Below are positions 38,841 through 50,000 of a stretch of DNA of 64,000 nucleotides, one piece after another. How positions within the stretch are numbered: the stretch's first letter is position 1; every line of letters starts with the position of its first letter. Position numbers and translations under genes: made by a program. Origin of the DNA: Parcubacteria group bacterium M6-OD1-4. GTDB taxonomy: Bacteria; Patescibacteriota; Patescibacteriia; Patescibacteriales; UBA12465. The notes beneath the pieces were generated by a model. It did no database searches. It was not told the origin of the DNA and saw only the letters and a list, made by a program, of their open reading frames with translations. The stretch lies in assembly GCA_003056205.1 (NCBI GenBank), contig LSNS01000004.1, forward strand, positions 188,630 to 252,629. The letters are read 5' to 3'.

Positions 38841-40520
38841 TTATTCAGCAATTTTACTGCGACGAACGCCTAATAGCCAAGTTCTCTTTTCTAACCAATC
38901 TCCGAGAATAACTACAAACAAGGTATGGGTAACAACAATGGCACTAAAGAGTGAAACGGAGATTCCAATAAATAGAGTCGTTCCAAAACCTTTCACTGTT
39001 GAAGTCCCAAAGAACATTAAGATCAAACAAGTAATTAAAGTGGAAAGGTTTCCATCGCGAATTGATGGCCAAGCTCGTTTAAAACCGTCGTTAACAGCTT
39101 GAGTTACCGATTTACCAGCTTTAAGTTCTTCCCGAGTTCGAGAAAAAATTAAAATATTAGCATCAACTGCCATTCCAATAGAAAGAATAAATCCAGCGAT
39201 ACCTGATAAAGATAGCGTTACTGGTTTGAGAGCATAGAAGAATAATATAAAACCAATCGCAATAAACAAAGCGGCCAAAGAACCATTAAAAATCTTTAGC
39301 TCATTGAAAGTATAGAAAATTAGACCAATCATAATGACCACTAAAATCAGGGCTAACCAAATAGGAATGGATTTGAAAATAGCTAGAACAGTTAGACCAT
39401 AAACTAAGAGAGATAAAACAGAAAGAAATCCTGGAAGACGATAATAGAGAATCATAAACAAAGAAACTAAAAGTAAACCAATTAAACCGGCACGCAGACT
39501 ATTATCAATTGATTTGGAACCTAAGCTAGCACCAATAGTTTTTTGGGAAATTAAAGTAATTGGGACTGGCAATGCTCCAGAATTTAATCGTGAAACTAAA
39601 GACTTCGCCTCTTTAATATTAAAATGTCCAGAAATAACAGCTTGTCCACCAGTAATTTCTTCATTAACTGTCGGAGCACTAATTACTCGACCATCTAAGA
39701 AAATGGCTACTGGCTTACCAACGTTCCGCGCGGTAATTTTAGCAAACAATTTAGCACCAGCCGAATCAAAGTTTAAAGCTACTTCCGGCGAACCATCTCG
39801 TTGATTAAATTGAATTGAGGCTCGTTGTAAATATTTCCCAGTCAGCTCGGTATTTTTCCAAGCAATGGTTTGTGGATTATTAGCAGTTGCCGGAAGAGAA
39901 GATGAGGAAAATGTCCCGGGCTGTACGGCCACTGAACCCGCCAAAGACTTAACTGTCTTTAAAGAATTACTTGCTGAAGAACTAGTTGAATTATTAGAAA
40001 CGGGAACGACGGATAATTTAACTTTTGGTGTTGTTGCTGATAATTTTCGACTAGCTTCTTCCTTAAATTGTAAAACTGGTGTTTCGCCAATAACTTTAAT
40101 TGCTTGTCGAACATCTTTAATGCCTGCTAACTCAGCGATGACTTGATAATTACCCTGAACATCACGATTAACAGTAACAACGGGCTCACTAACTCCAAAA
40201 GTATTCACTCGACGTTCAATAATATCTCTTGCTGAACTCAAGGCACTAGCCCTTTCTCCAGCCGGAATATTCTTCACATTAGCTTGATAAACCAAATAAG
40301 AACCTCCCTGTAAATCCAAGCCGAGATGAAAAGGAATTGGTTTTACCATTGGTAGAATAACGATATCATTAGTTTTCCGAGCCAATTCTTTCACCGAATT
40401 ATTATAAGAACTTCCGCCAACAATTAAACCGATAGTAATGACGAAGAGGACAATCAAACCGAGAATCCACCAAGATTTAGCGCGCAGTGGTAACTTAGAA
40501 AATTTTTGAATTAATGACAT
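38841..40520 (-). CDS. secD: Protein translocase subunit SecD
   Basis: LGLDLQGG, RRVN.FGVSEP, GALP and GMAVDANILI motifs. Likely start is ATG 40520. Confidence 0.95.
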   Translation of the reverse strand: MSLIQKFSKLPLRAKSWWILGLIVLFVITIGLIVGGSSYNNSVKELARKTNDIVILPMVKPIPFHLGLDLQGGSYLVYQANVKNIPAGERASALSSARDIIERRVNTFGVSEPVVTVNRDVQGNYQVIAELAGIKDVRQAIKVIGETPVLQFKEEASRKLSATTPKVKLSVVPVSNNSTSSSASNSLKTVKSLAGSVAVQPGTFSSSSLPATANNPQTIAWKNTELTGKYLQRASIQFNQRDGSPEVALNFDSAGAKLFAKITARNVGKPVAIFLDGRVISAPTVNEEITGGQAVISGHFNIKEAKSLVSRLNSGALPVPITLISQKTIGASLGSKSIDNSLRAGLIGLLLVSLFMILYYRLPGFLSVLSLLVYGLTVLAIFKSIPIWLALILVVIMIGLIFYTFNELKIFNGSLAALFIAIGFILFFYALKPVTLSLSGIAGFILSIGMAVDANILIFSRTREELKAGKSVTQAVNDGFKRAWPSIRDGNLSTLITCLILMFFGTSTVKGFGTTLFIGISVSLFSAIVVTHTLFVVILGDWLEKRTWLLGVRRSKIAE

Positions 40521-40676
40521 AATGTTAAGAAATTGACTATTTTTAAAATTTAGTTTTATCTTAGAATAAATAAGAATAAAAATCAAGGGTTCATTGCCGT
40601 CCTACTTTACAAGCTGACAGATTTTACTTATAATAATAACCTAGAAAGTAAAAATAAATATTAATAATAAATAATT

Positions 40677-41258
40677 ATGCCCTTAATTCCAACCGTTATC
40701 GAAAAAGATGGCCAAGTCGAACGAGCTTATGATATTTATTCTCGTTTACTGCGTGACCGAATTATTTTCTTAGGAGAGGCGATTGATAATCACGTCGCTA
40801 ATATTATCATCGCCCAATTCCTATTTCTGGACGCTGAAAATAAGGATCAAGATATTAAATTCTATATTAATTCCCCGGGAGGATCAGTTAGTGCTGGTTT
40901 AGCAATTTATGATACGATGCAATTTATTAAATCAGACGTTTCCACAATTTGTATTGGCTCCGCAGCTTCTATGGCCTCAGTCCTCTTAGCCGCTGGAAAA
41001 CATGGCAAAAGATTTGCTCTCCCCAATAGTGAAGTAATGATTCATCAGATTATGGGTGGAACTGAAGGACAAGCTTCAGATATTAAAATACATGCTGAAC
41101 ATATTCTGAAATTGAAGAACAAAATGAATAAAATTCTCGCCACTCATACTGGACAAAAAATTAACACTATTGAACATGACAGTGATCGCGATAATTTTAT
41201 GAGTGCTGAAGAATCTCTAAAATATGGTATTGTTGATAAAATAATTGGTAAAAAATAA
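40677..41258 (+). CDS. clpP: ATP-dependent Clp protease proteolytic subunit
   Basis: [23 protein letters not shown] and DRDNFM motifs. Confidence 0.98.
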   Translation: MPLIPTVIEKDGQVERAYDIYSRLLRDRIIFLGEAIDNHVANIIIAQFLFLDAENKDQDIKFYINSPGGSVSAGLAIYDTMQFIKSDVSTICIGSAASMASVLLAAGKHGKRFALPNSEVMIHQIMGGTEGQASDIKIHAEHILKLKNKMNKILATHTGQKINTIEHDSDRDNFMSAEESLKYGIVDKIIGKK

Positions 41259-41288
41259 ATCTCTTAAAATAATTAACCAAGGAGTAAT

Positions 41289-41318
41289 AAAAAATTCCCA
41301 GTACTAGGGAATTTTTTT
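41289..41318. terminator. Bidirectional terminator between clpP and the surface-protein cluster
   Basis: AAAAAATTCCC-N7-GGGAATTTTTT between convergent genes. Confidence 0.8.
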
Positions 41319-41364
41319 AATTGCTTTTAAAATTTAATATTATTGATGTCCAGATTCTCAATAA

Positions 41365-42432
41365 TTATTTAATAATTAAAGAATTAATCATTAACTGAAA
41401 AATATGGGGATAAACTAATCGTCCAGCAACGGCAGGAATATAAGAAATAACAAAAATTTGTGTACGTTTTTTGTTAGTTAAATAAAAATTAAGATTGTTT
41501 TGCCCCATAATTCCTGACCAGCCAGCAGTTTTCTTAAGGCTATTCTGAGAAATCTTTAAATTTGGAAATAAAGCTTGATACCAATTTGAAATACTAACCT
41601 CGCGAGAATTAGCTTGAACCGAAACTTGAATTAAAGAACCATCGGGAGCAGTAAAAATAATACTCGCACCATTATTAATTGATTGTTGAGGCCAAGTCTG
41701 GGGATAGAGTAATTGATAATCAAAAGCCTGATTATGATAAGTACTTAAATTAGGATCGGCGTTTAAGCGCCCAGTGCCAATAGGATTATAATTATTTTCT
41801 ACTTCGGTTAAATCTGGATAACCATTATGATTGGTGTCAGAAGAGGTCGCTGAAGTTCCTAATACTAATTCTTCTAAATTATTTAAACCGTCATGATCAG
41901 AGTCTAGCAAGGGTGGTAATTTATTAGTGGTGGGTGAAGATGTTCCAACTGAAGTTTTAGTTATCGGAACATTAACAACTGTCGTCTTCACCACTTTCTT
42001 ATTAATTAATGATTTAATAGAGTTTTGATTAGTATTTGTAGCTAAAGATGAGCCAGTGCTATGAGCCAAACTTGAAGAAGCAGACACTGTGATCTGCGAG
42101 CTTGGATTATTAACAATTTTAACCGCCGCCGATTTATGAATTAACTTCTGTCGGACCGTTGATTTCACGATAAATAAATAAAAAAATACAACTAATCCAA
42201 TAATAAATATTAAACCCCCAATAATAATAATGATACCCATAGTTTTGGACTTTTTCTGAGAATCGCTAGAAGCCTTACTGGTCTTAAAGCCAACGGTAAT
42301 GGATCTATTTTTCTGATGCAGAGAAGCCCCTCTTAAACGGTCTGAACTCGGCATATTGTGTACCAGTAGATCATGGTTAAGCTGTGTATCCAACTCCGGA
42401 TTCTGCTTTGTTTCGGGTTTTTTATTAAACAT
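41365..42432 (-). CDS. Single-TM protein with an S/T-rich stalk, DxDxDG repeats and a C-terminal PsbP-like domain
   Basis: TM near residues 66-89, DSDHDGL..DTNHNGY, then YHN..FDYQLLYP..W (PsbP-like start). Confidence 0.7.
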   Translation of the reverse strand: MFNKKPETKQNPELDTQLNHDLLVHNMPSSDRLRGASLHQKNRSITVGFKTSKASSDSQKKSKTMGIIIIIGGLIFIIGLVVFFYLFIVKSTVRQKLIHKSAAVKIVNNPSSQITVSASSSLAHSTGSSLATNTNQNSIKSLINKKVVKTTVVNVPITKTSVGTSSPTTNKLPPLLDSDHDGLNNLEELVLGTSATSSDTNHNGYPDLTEVENNYNPIGTGRLNADPNLSTYHNQAFDYQLLYPQTWPQQSINNGASIIFTAPDGSLIQVSVQANSREVSISNWYQALFPNLKISQNSLKKTAGWSGIMGQNNLNFYLTNKKRTQIFVISYIPAVAGRLVYPHIFQLMINSLIIK

Positions 42433-42457
42433 ATAAATAGTTCAAGATAAAATAGTT

Positions 42458-42655
42458 TTAACGCCAAAAAATAATAATAGCGACCAGAACCATTAAACCA
42501 AAGATGAAGAAGGCTAAAAACAGCCATTTTTTAAAATGACTATCAGCACTTTGAGGCATCGTGTGAAGGCTAAGAGATAAACGAGGAAAAATTTTAGAAC
42601 TAATTTTTCGTGATTTAAGAATTCTCTTATTGTTAGAGTTATTATCACTGAGCAT
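42458..42655 (-). CDS. Small hypothetical membrane protein (C-terminal TM)
   Basis: 65-aa ORF that fills the gap between co-oriented genes; has an HTMP motif before the TM. Confidence 0.6.
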   Translation of the reverse strand: MLSDNNSNNKRILKSRKISSKIFPRLSLSLHTMPQSADSHFKKWLFLAFFIFGLMVLVAIIIFWR

Positions 42656-42681
42656 AAAATAGCTTATTTACTAAAGATAAT

Positions 42682-43530
42682 TTATTTCAGGGGTAAATTA
42701 TTAGTACTTAACTTGCCAGCACCAAGGGGATTATAGCCCGCTTTAACTTCCTGTCCATCGGAAAAACCATCAGCATCAGTATCGGGATTAAGAGGATCAG
42801 TATGGTAAATCTTAATTTCTTCATAATCACTAAGATGATCGCCGTCAGTATCAACTGCTTGTGGATTAGTTCCATACATTTTCTCTTGGACATTCGTTAA
42901 ACCATCTAAATCAGAATCAACTAAAGATTCTGGTGTAGTATTAGCGGTGGAAGTAGCCAGTAGACTAGAGGTTGCTGTATTCACTCCAGGAATAAGAGGA
43001 ATCACAACTGATTTGGCATTAGAATTACTAGTAGTTGATTGCTGGTTAGCTGTTGATAATTTAGCTTGCTGGACGGTTTTCACCGAGGATGTTGTTGTTT
43101 TCTGGGTTTTCTTAATAGAAGAAGTAACAGCACTATTATTAACCACTGCCGGAGTCCTCTTCTTTAAAAACTTGTCATATAACAAATAAGCACTTAAGAG
43201 AACAATCGTCACAACAATAAAAATTAAAATAATTTTAAACCAACGGTTGCCACCATCATCTTTTTCTAATTCCTCAGTAAGATTAGCACCAGACGCTAAA
43301 CCCACTTTTTGGGCGGCAATTTCTCCAGCGCCCTTAGCGCTTGTGCTGGCGACATTATTATTAACACTCCCAACATTACCACTTTCATTAAGTTTAATAC
43401 CCTTATTTGGGAGACTAACATCTGGATTATTTGCTGGTTCAACATTCTGATCGCTCTTCGCTTGATCAGTTTCTGCAAAAATATCATCAACTGCGGCGGG
43501 TTTATTATTTTGATTTAGGTCGTTAAACAT
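42682..43530 (-). CDS. Single-TM protein with an S/T-rich stalk and DxDxDG (thrombospondin type-3-like) repeats
   Basis: DSDLDGL, DTDGDHL and DTDADGF..GYNP.G.G motifs. Confidence 0.78.
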   Translation of the reverse strand: MFNDLNQNNKPAAVDDIFAETDQAKSDQNVEPANNPDVSLPNKGIKLNESGNVGSVNNNVASTSAKGAGEIAAQKVGLASGANLTEELEKDDGGNRWFKIILIFIVVTIVLLSAYLLYDKFLKKRTPAVVNNSAVTSSIKKTQKTTTSSVKTVQQAKLSTANQQSTTSNSNAKSVVIPLIPGVNTATSSLLATSTANTTPESLVDSDLDGLTNVQEKMYGTNPQAVDTDGDHLSDYEEIKIYHTDPLNPDTDADGFSDGQEVKAGYNPLGAGKLSTNNLPLK

Positions 43531-43608
43531 ATTTTTTAGTAATTTATTAGTTATCTAAATTATAATCTATATTTAAAGATTTGACCAGTTAAATTAATAA
43601 TTGCTGTT

Positions 43609-43962
43609 TTATTTCTGGCTATTAGGAAAAAGAGATTTAATACCACTAGGATTGTAAATAATATCTTGTTTAGATTTAATAATCTTATAAACCATCACCG
43701 CCCCTTGAGAATCTCGTTTTAAAACCTGCGCCTTAATATTAGGAGAAATTCTCAGTTTTTTCTTTTCCGTGATAGTTAGGAAACTTGGTGGTAGTAACTG
43801 ACGTTTATGAACACTGGTAACAGCGTCTTGGGGGTTCAAGTTTTTAGATTTAAGTGATTCTAAACGTTGTCGCCAAAGAAATGCTAAACCAATAACTAAA
43901 ATAACCGTAAACAAAATAAAGCCTGAAATTATTAGTAATTTTTTATCTTTTAATTCATTCAT
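43609..43962 (-). CDS. Hypothetical single-TM protein
   Basis: N-terminal TM and a basic C-terminal region; co-oriented within the cluster. Confidence 0.65.
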   Translation of the reverse strand: MNELKDKKLLIISGFILFTVILVIGLAFLWRQRLESLKSKNLNPQDAVTSVHKRQLLPPSFLTITEKKKLRISPNIKAQVLKRDSQGAVMVYKIIKSKQDIIYNPSGIKSLFPNSQK

Positions 43963-43995
43963 ATTCAAAATAAAAATATATGTTAAATAAACTTA

Positions 43996-46995
43996 TTAAT
44001 TATAAGGTGGTCCTGTATTATTATAAGTATTAATAGTAGTTATATTACCCTGACTATCTAAACCGAAGACGTGCCAATAACAACTAGTTTGAGTCGGATT
44101 AGCATGATAAACTTTAGTAATCCCGTTATGACTATCATAAATAGTAACTGTCGTAGTCCCGAAAGGTATCTCGGAAGAACCATAACCACAAGCGGAATAA
44201 TTAAAAACATCATATTTATAATTATTAGCAATATATTTTTGAATTCTAATATTCTCTGGACCATAACCACTCTGAACATCAATATCAAGACTAGAAGAAG
44301 CAACATTATGATTTTGATACCAAACATGGTAGCTAGTACCAAAAGTTAAATGAGAATCTAAATCTCGAGGCGAAGCACCCCAAGTTAAACTAATCTTATT
44401 AGTTCCCTGGTAACTCGGGGTAGACATAATAAAATTAATAATTTTGCTAAGTCGGGGATCAAAACTTTGGATAGTGTTGTCATAACCATATAAAGAAGCA
44501 GTTGCCGTGTAAGAGCCAGAATAAGAAGGACTGACAGGAGGAATCGTCAATGAATACTTCCCTTGCGAATCAGTAGTAGTTTGCGTAATAATATTTCCCT
44601 GGCCGCCAACTACTATTTTAACTCCAGGAAGAGTTTTGCTCGGATGAGCATAATAAGCATAACTATTCACCGTTCCAGTAATAATTACAGCTTCAGGATT
44701 ATCAGCGCATGCTCCACAATCTTGGGCACAACTATTACAAGTCTCCAAAGACTTATTGCTAGCACTCAAGGCCTGGCAATAGCCGTCACCACAATAACCG
44801 CCACCTTGTAACGGTGAAGAAAAAATACATTGGTCATTGGTTAAAATAGGATAAGGGGTTTGAGCGCCGACACCAGTCTGACAAGCATATTGTAGGTGAA
44901 CATTACTCAAAGTGGGATTGGCAGTAATTCCGCTCAGACCATCACAAGATTCATTACCATCATTATTAAAGCCACCAGAACCTTCAGAATTTGGAGCTTC
45001 TTTTCGTCCGTCACCACAATAAGTATTTACTGTTAATTTAAAACGATAAACAGCTTGAGCTTTATATTGATTTGTCGCCTGAATTGTAATTGGAAAACTG
45101 CCCGCCACAGTTGGAGTCCCAGTAAGACCGGAATCACTAATACTTAATCCAGCGGGCAAACCACTGGCAGAATAAGTAACTTTATTAATCAGAGGAAATG
45201 AGCAATTATAGACATTACTAATACGGGTTATTGTTGAGCAATTAATATTTAAACCTAAATGACTAGGAATAATTTTTAGACTAAAATCTTTGGTAACGGA
45301 ATTGCCATCAGCATCAGTAACTCGGATTCGATAAGTGAAATTTGCCCCTGATGATAATTTACTAATTGGTAATTGTTTTGCCTGATAAGTAATCTGATAA
45401 CGATAATTTCCTGTTGAACTAATAGTTCTCGTTAAACTAGACAAAAGATTAAATCCAGCTGGACCAGTTAATTGAGAAACGTAATAAGTATTTGGCTGAG
45501 AACTAGTAGTATACCGTGGTACAGATTTTAAAGCTCTTCCAGAAATAGAAAAATGATAACTAAATGGTAGATTAGAATCTAGAGCATATTCTCCATTACT
45601 GGCAGTGATAATTAATGATGAACTTAAAATAGTGATGGGTGTAACGGTTGATAAAGTTCCCCCACGACCATCTTTAACAGTTAAGAGCATCTGATAAGCT
45701 CCAGCGTTTCCAGCCGTCTCTGCAAAAACATTTTTTTGATTAAGACTACTAGTATTCTTCAAAATTGGCCAATGATTCTTTTGGCCAGCACTATTCCAAC
45801 CCGTCCAATTAGTAGTTACGGGACTAAGCGACCATGATAATGGATCGTGATTAGCATCTTGAACTTGAATAAAGCCATTAAATTCTTGACCAGTTTGACC
45901 AGTTAAAAATTTATTAACTAACACTGGTGGAATATTAGAACTTGTTCCCCCAGAAATAATTCCAGTGTCAATCACACACGCTGAACCTTGAGGATTAAGT
46001 GGATAAAAATTATAATTTAAGGCTTTAGTTTCTAAGCTGGCACATAAATTATAATCAGAACCAGTGCCATTGGAGGCATAAGCAAAAGCATAACTCCCAC
46101 GTGGTAAAATTAGAGTAGAATTACTGGGATTAGAAAAAAACTTTTTTGTTTGAGGGTTCCAACAAGTACTGGAATTATAACCAGTACAAGCCCCGAGATG
46201 ATTAATAGGATCAACTAAGCTCGGAGAAACCGCTAAATCAGAGAGAAGAACTTTTGACCAGCTGGGCCAAAGAGAAACAGAATTATGGGGTAAATAAGTA
46301 CCAGCTGACAAAAGAGGATAATGCTGATTTGTTAATTTAAAATTATTCAAGGCAATTTTAAGTTCAGTTAGAAGACCAACTCGTCGGACATCACGAGTAA
46401 CTTGAGATTTTAAACTATTACAGAAGAAACCCGTTGAACAGTCAGCATCACTTAAACAATCCTTAGGGGTTTTTAGTATACAAGTACTGGAAGCAGCTCC
46501 ACTAGTAGCACAATACTGGCCGGAAGAACAATCTGAATTACTAGTACAATTGAAAGTGGAGATAGAACAAGTCGCCGGAGCATTAAGAATATTAGAAGAT
46601 AGATTATTATTAAATTTCCAATGGGAAATAATTTGCCCTAAAATATCAACTGTCTTAGGGGCGGGATTCTGATTATAGGAAATTAAATAAATATTGGTAT
46701 AAATGATTTTGGTAGTCGGATTAACATTGGCCGCATTAACATAAACCGTGCGACCATCACGAATAGCTTGATAACCATCCACAACTAGAGATTGAGGCGA
46801 CCCCTGGAAACCTTGATTGGCATACCAACGATCAATACTATAGTGATTAGGATTGGGAATAATTCGTACCGCAATAGCGTCGGGGCTAGCGATAATACTG
46901 GCAGATTGAGCTCGAGAATACTGTCGCCAACTAAATAAAAAAACAAAAACTAAAATTATAGTAAAGAGTAAAAATTTTTTATTTTTGTTAATCAT
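43996..46995 (-). CDS. Large exported multidomain protein (Cys-rich repeats, pilin-like head, Ig-like, CGDG repeats, YfaP-like C-terminus)
   Basis: Signal peptide, CxSxSDC repeats, RD..R...L..AL..F....YP, GLPAGLSI..GTP, CGDG, and LTWG..DLDSH..D...GYGPE. Confidence 0.75.
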   Translation of the reverse strand: MINKNKKFLLFTIILVFVFLFSWRQYSRAQSASIIASPDAIAVRIIPNPNHYSIDRWYANQGFQGSPQSLVVDGYQAIRDGRTVYVNAANVNPTTKIIYTNIYLISYNQNPAPKTVDILGQIISHWKFNNNLSSNILNAPATCSISTFNCTSNSDCSSGQYCATSGAASSTCILKTPKDCLSDADCSTGFFCNSLKSQVTRDVRRVGLLTELKIALNNFKLTNQHYPLLSAGTYLPHNSVSLWPSWSKVLLSDLAVSPSLVDPINHLGACTGYNSSTCWNPQTKKFFSNPSNSTLILPRGSYAFAYASNGTGSDYNLCASLETKALNYNFYPLNPQGSACVIDTGIISGGTSSNIPPVLVNKFLTGQTGQEFNGFIQVQDANHDPLSWSLSPVTTNWTGWNSAGQKNHWPILKNTSSLNQKNVFAETAGNAGAYQMLLTVKDGRGGTLSTVTPITILSSSLIITASNGEYALDSNLPFSYHFSISGRALKSVPRYTTSSQPNTYYVSQLTGPAGFNLLSSLTRTISSTGNYRYQITYQAKQLPISKLSSGANFTYRIRVTDADGNSVTKDFSLKIIPSHLGLNINCSTITRISNVYNCSFPLINKVTYSASGLPAGLSISDSGLTGTPTVAGSFPITIQATNQYKAQAVYRFKLTVNTYCGDGRKEAPNSEGSGGFNNDGNESCDGLSGITANPTLSNVHLQYACQTGVGAQTPYPILTNDQCIFSSPLQGGGYCGDGYCQALSASNKSLETCNSCAQDCGACADNPEAVIITGTVNSYAYYAHPSKTLPGVKIVVGGQGNIITQTTTDSQGKYSLTIPPVSPSYSGSYTATASLYGYDNTIQSFDPRLSKIINFIMSTPSYQGTNKISLTWGASPRDLDSHLTFGTSYHVWYQNHNVASSSLDIDVQSGYGPENIRIQKYIANNYKYDVFNYSACGYGSSEIPFGTTTVTIYDSHNGITKVYHANPTQTSCYWHVFGLDSQGNITTINTYNNTGPPYN

Positions 46996-47037
46996 ATATA
47001 AATATTTAAAAATACCAAAACATTTTATATTCTAAAA

Positions 47038-50000
47038 CTAGGGAGTACACTTTAATTTTGTCCAAACTGTTGAGCTCGGATAAGCAGAATCTAGCGACAT
47101 TACACAAGTTAATTCCCCACTCTGAATACTTTCGTTATGGGAACTATCAAAGGCGGAAACTGTAAAATAATTATTACCCAGAGAGAATTTATTAGTTGGC
47201 AAACTGAGACTCGTACTAGAAGCTTGGGAATCGAAAGATTCGCCATATTTTCCAGAAATAATTCCATGATATAAACGATAAAAACTCACGCCATTAGTAC
47301 TAGTTGCCCAAGAAAATTTAATAGTCGAAGTAGGACTGATTATGGCCTGTAAATTAGTTGGCACACTCGGAGGTGTTTGATCGCTTGGAATGGCAGTGAC
47401 TACTGGCGATAAAGCACTTTCTGTCTTGTCAGTCGAAATAACACTAATCTGAAAGTTATAGGATACTCCATTACTTAAACCACCAATACTAGTCTGACAA
47501 TTATTAGTTTTTACTCCCAGTTGACAAACTTTAGTGGCCAAGACCTCTTGAGAACTAGTAGCTCCTTGACTAGGTGATGAATAATAAATTTTATAAGAAT
47601 AAACTTTATTGGCATTAGATTGCCAATTAAGTTTAATTAGCCCCCCAGTTAATTGGTCGCTAGCATTAGTAATTGTCGCCCCACTAAGAATTGGAGCCCG
47701 GAAAAAATAAGATTGTTTGAGAAGCCCCCAAGTACAAATTCCAGTTTGTTGCCCATTGCTATTGTTTGAACCACAAGCCTCACCGACTGTTTGACAAGTT
47801 TGGTGGTTAGAACTACAAACTAAGGTTGCTGATCGTCCCAAAGTTAGGGGCTGACTATTTAAAGCTGGTAAATTATCACTAGTCCCCGAAGAACCCTGGT
47901 CCCGACAATAATAGAATTGATAATTATAATTAGCGGAGTTAGTGCCTTGAGAAGTATCCGTCCAAGGAGCCCAAGTTCCACTAACTAAATTAACTGGTGG
48001 CCAAGGATTATTACAAATAAAAACATAAATATTGGCGGAAGTATTAAAACCATTCCCACCCGAATAAGTATTGCAATCACTGGTACATTTTGGACTAATA
48101 AAATTATTCATATCAACTGTCGCCGTGAGTTTGGTTTGGGCATCAGTTATTCCTGGATTAGCTCGTACAAAAACTTCATTAGCGGGTAAATTAGGGACCG
48201 AGCTTATTGTCGCAATACGAGGCACAGTATTATCCAAAGAAAATTTCCAAGTCCAGTTATAACCAATAACTGGTTGGAGAATTTGTTTATCAATACTATA
48301 AGCAGTCGCGGTAAAAACTTTATCACTATCGGCAACCGTATCAAAGCTGGAATTACTAAGAGCGGCATTAGCATCATTTTCTTGAGACTGTAAAGCGTTA
48401 TTAGTAGTATTAAATAAATAGGAAGAAGGGGTAAGAGTAACATGATTCACTGCACAAATTCCATTCATTGGTCCTTGGGCTGATAAGGTAGAAAACTTAA
48501 TAATTTGAGAATTAGCGTAGTAATTATTATTAAATCTAATTAATTTTCCTGAAATATAAGTAGCTGTGGTGGGGTTAAAATAACCAGGACCCACAAAACC
48601 AATATCTTTAAAATTCAAAATGCCCGTTTTATTATTTAAGCTTTCATCACCTTTAACTACTACATAATAAGTGGCTGTTGGATCCAATATTTTCTTTGGT
48701 CTGAAAACTAAAGAGCTATTTTGACCATGATTTTCGTTATAAACCATCCCCGGGATAGAACAATAAAGACTATTAGAATTTGGACCGGCAGCAAATACTG
48801 AACTAGATAAATTACCAGTTAAAAATGCTAAAGTTCGACGAAATCGTTGTTCTACCTTTTGCCACCAAGTTTGTGGGTCTGAATTTAATTCACTAATTAA
48901 AGAATTATTAGTAACTAGAAAAGTTCCTGATGGACAAACTCCATTTTTATAATCTTTGGCTTCTAATAATAAGAAATTCTGCGCATAACTAGAACTATCT
49001 AAACGCTGATTAAAATTAATTTTCACTAGAGTATTCCGGCAAACATTAACAGCTAAATGTTTAGGAGAAGTAGAAACAATTTTCGGTCGGACTATAGTTG
49101 ACGAAGTACTCGTGCTATTACATTTTAGTAGACAAGAACTAACATTACTATAAGTCCCAGTTGCTGATGGCGTAGAAGTAGCACATAAGTCAGAATTAGT
49201 AGCAGGTGGTGGTAATTTACAACTATAATAAGCACAATAACCATTATTAGTAGAGACTGCGCTATCAATTATCTGATTACCAGACCGACATTTTGCTCCG
49301 CCAGTAGCTTGAGAATCAAAACAACAACGAGTATCTGCCTGACAATCATTTAAGGTAGTAAAACTACCGCAGGCTGGTTGAACGGGGCAACGATTATTAC
49401 AAACATCAAGAGTTTTATAATTTCCTTTTTTAACTGGGGTACTGGTAGCACATTGGGAAGGATTAGCTAGAGAACAATTATAATAAGCACAATAACCTTT
49501 GTCGCTGGAACCAGTAATTTGGCTGCCAGACCGACATTTCGCTCCGCCAGTAGCTTCAGCATCAAAACAACAACCAGTATTCGCTTGACAGGCATTTAAA
49601 TTAGTAAAAGCAGTACAAGGATCAGACGGTGGTGGTGGCGGCGGAGAGATAATTCCAAAACCAGTATTAAAACTCCATTCAAAAACTGAAGTCGGAATAT
49701 TAATCAAACAATCTTGCAAAGTATTAACACAACGACCATGTTGATAAGTATTTTGAGCACAACAAACTTGAGTACCACTACAATCACTATTAATCGTACA
49801 GGAACCGATATTAAAATTAAGAGTATTGCCCCAAGCACTATTTTTTACAACTTTCACAGGACCTGTTAGGGCTTTATTGGGGACTTTAGTTTTAATTAAA
49901 TCCGCTTGGCCACTTTGCTGAATAGTTCCGGTCGCATTTTCATTAGGGTTGAACTTGACCAAACCATTACTATTAACGGCCCCAAAATATTCTCCCCAAA

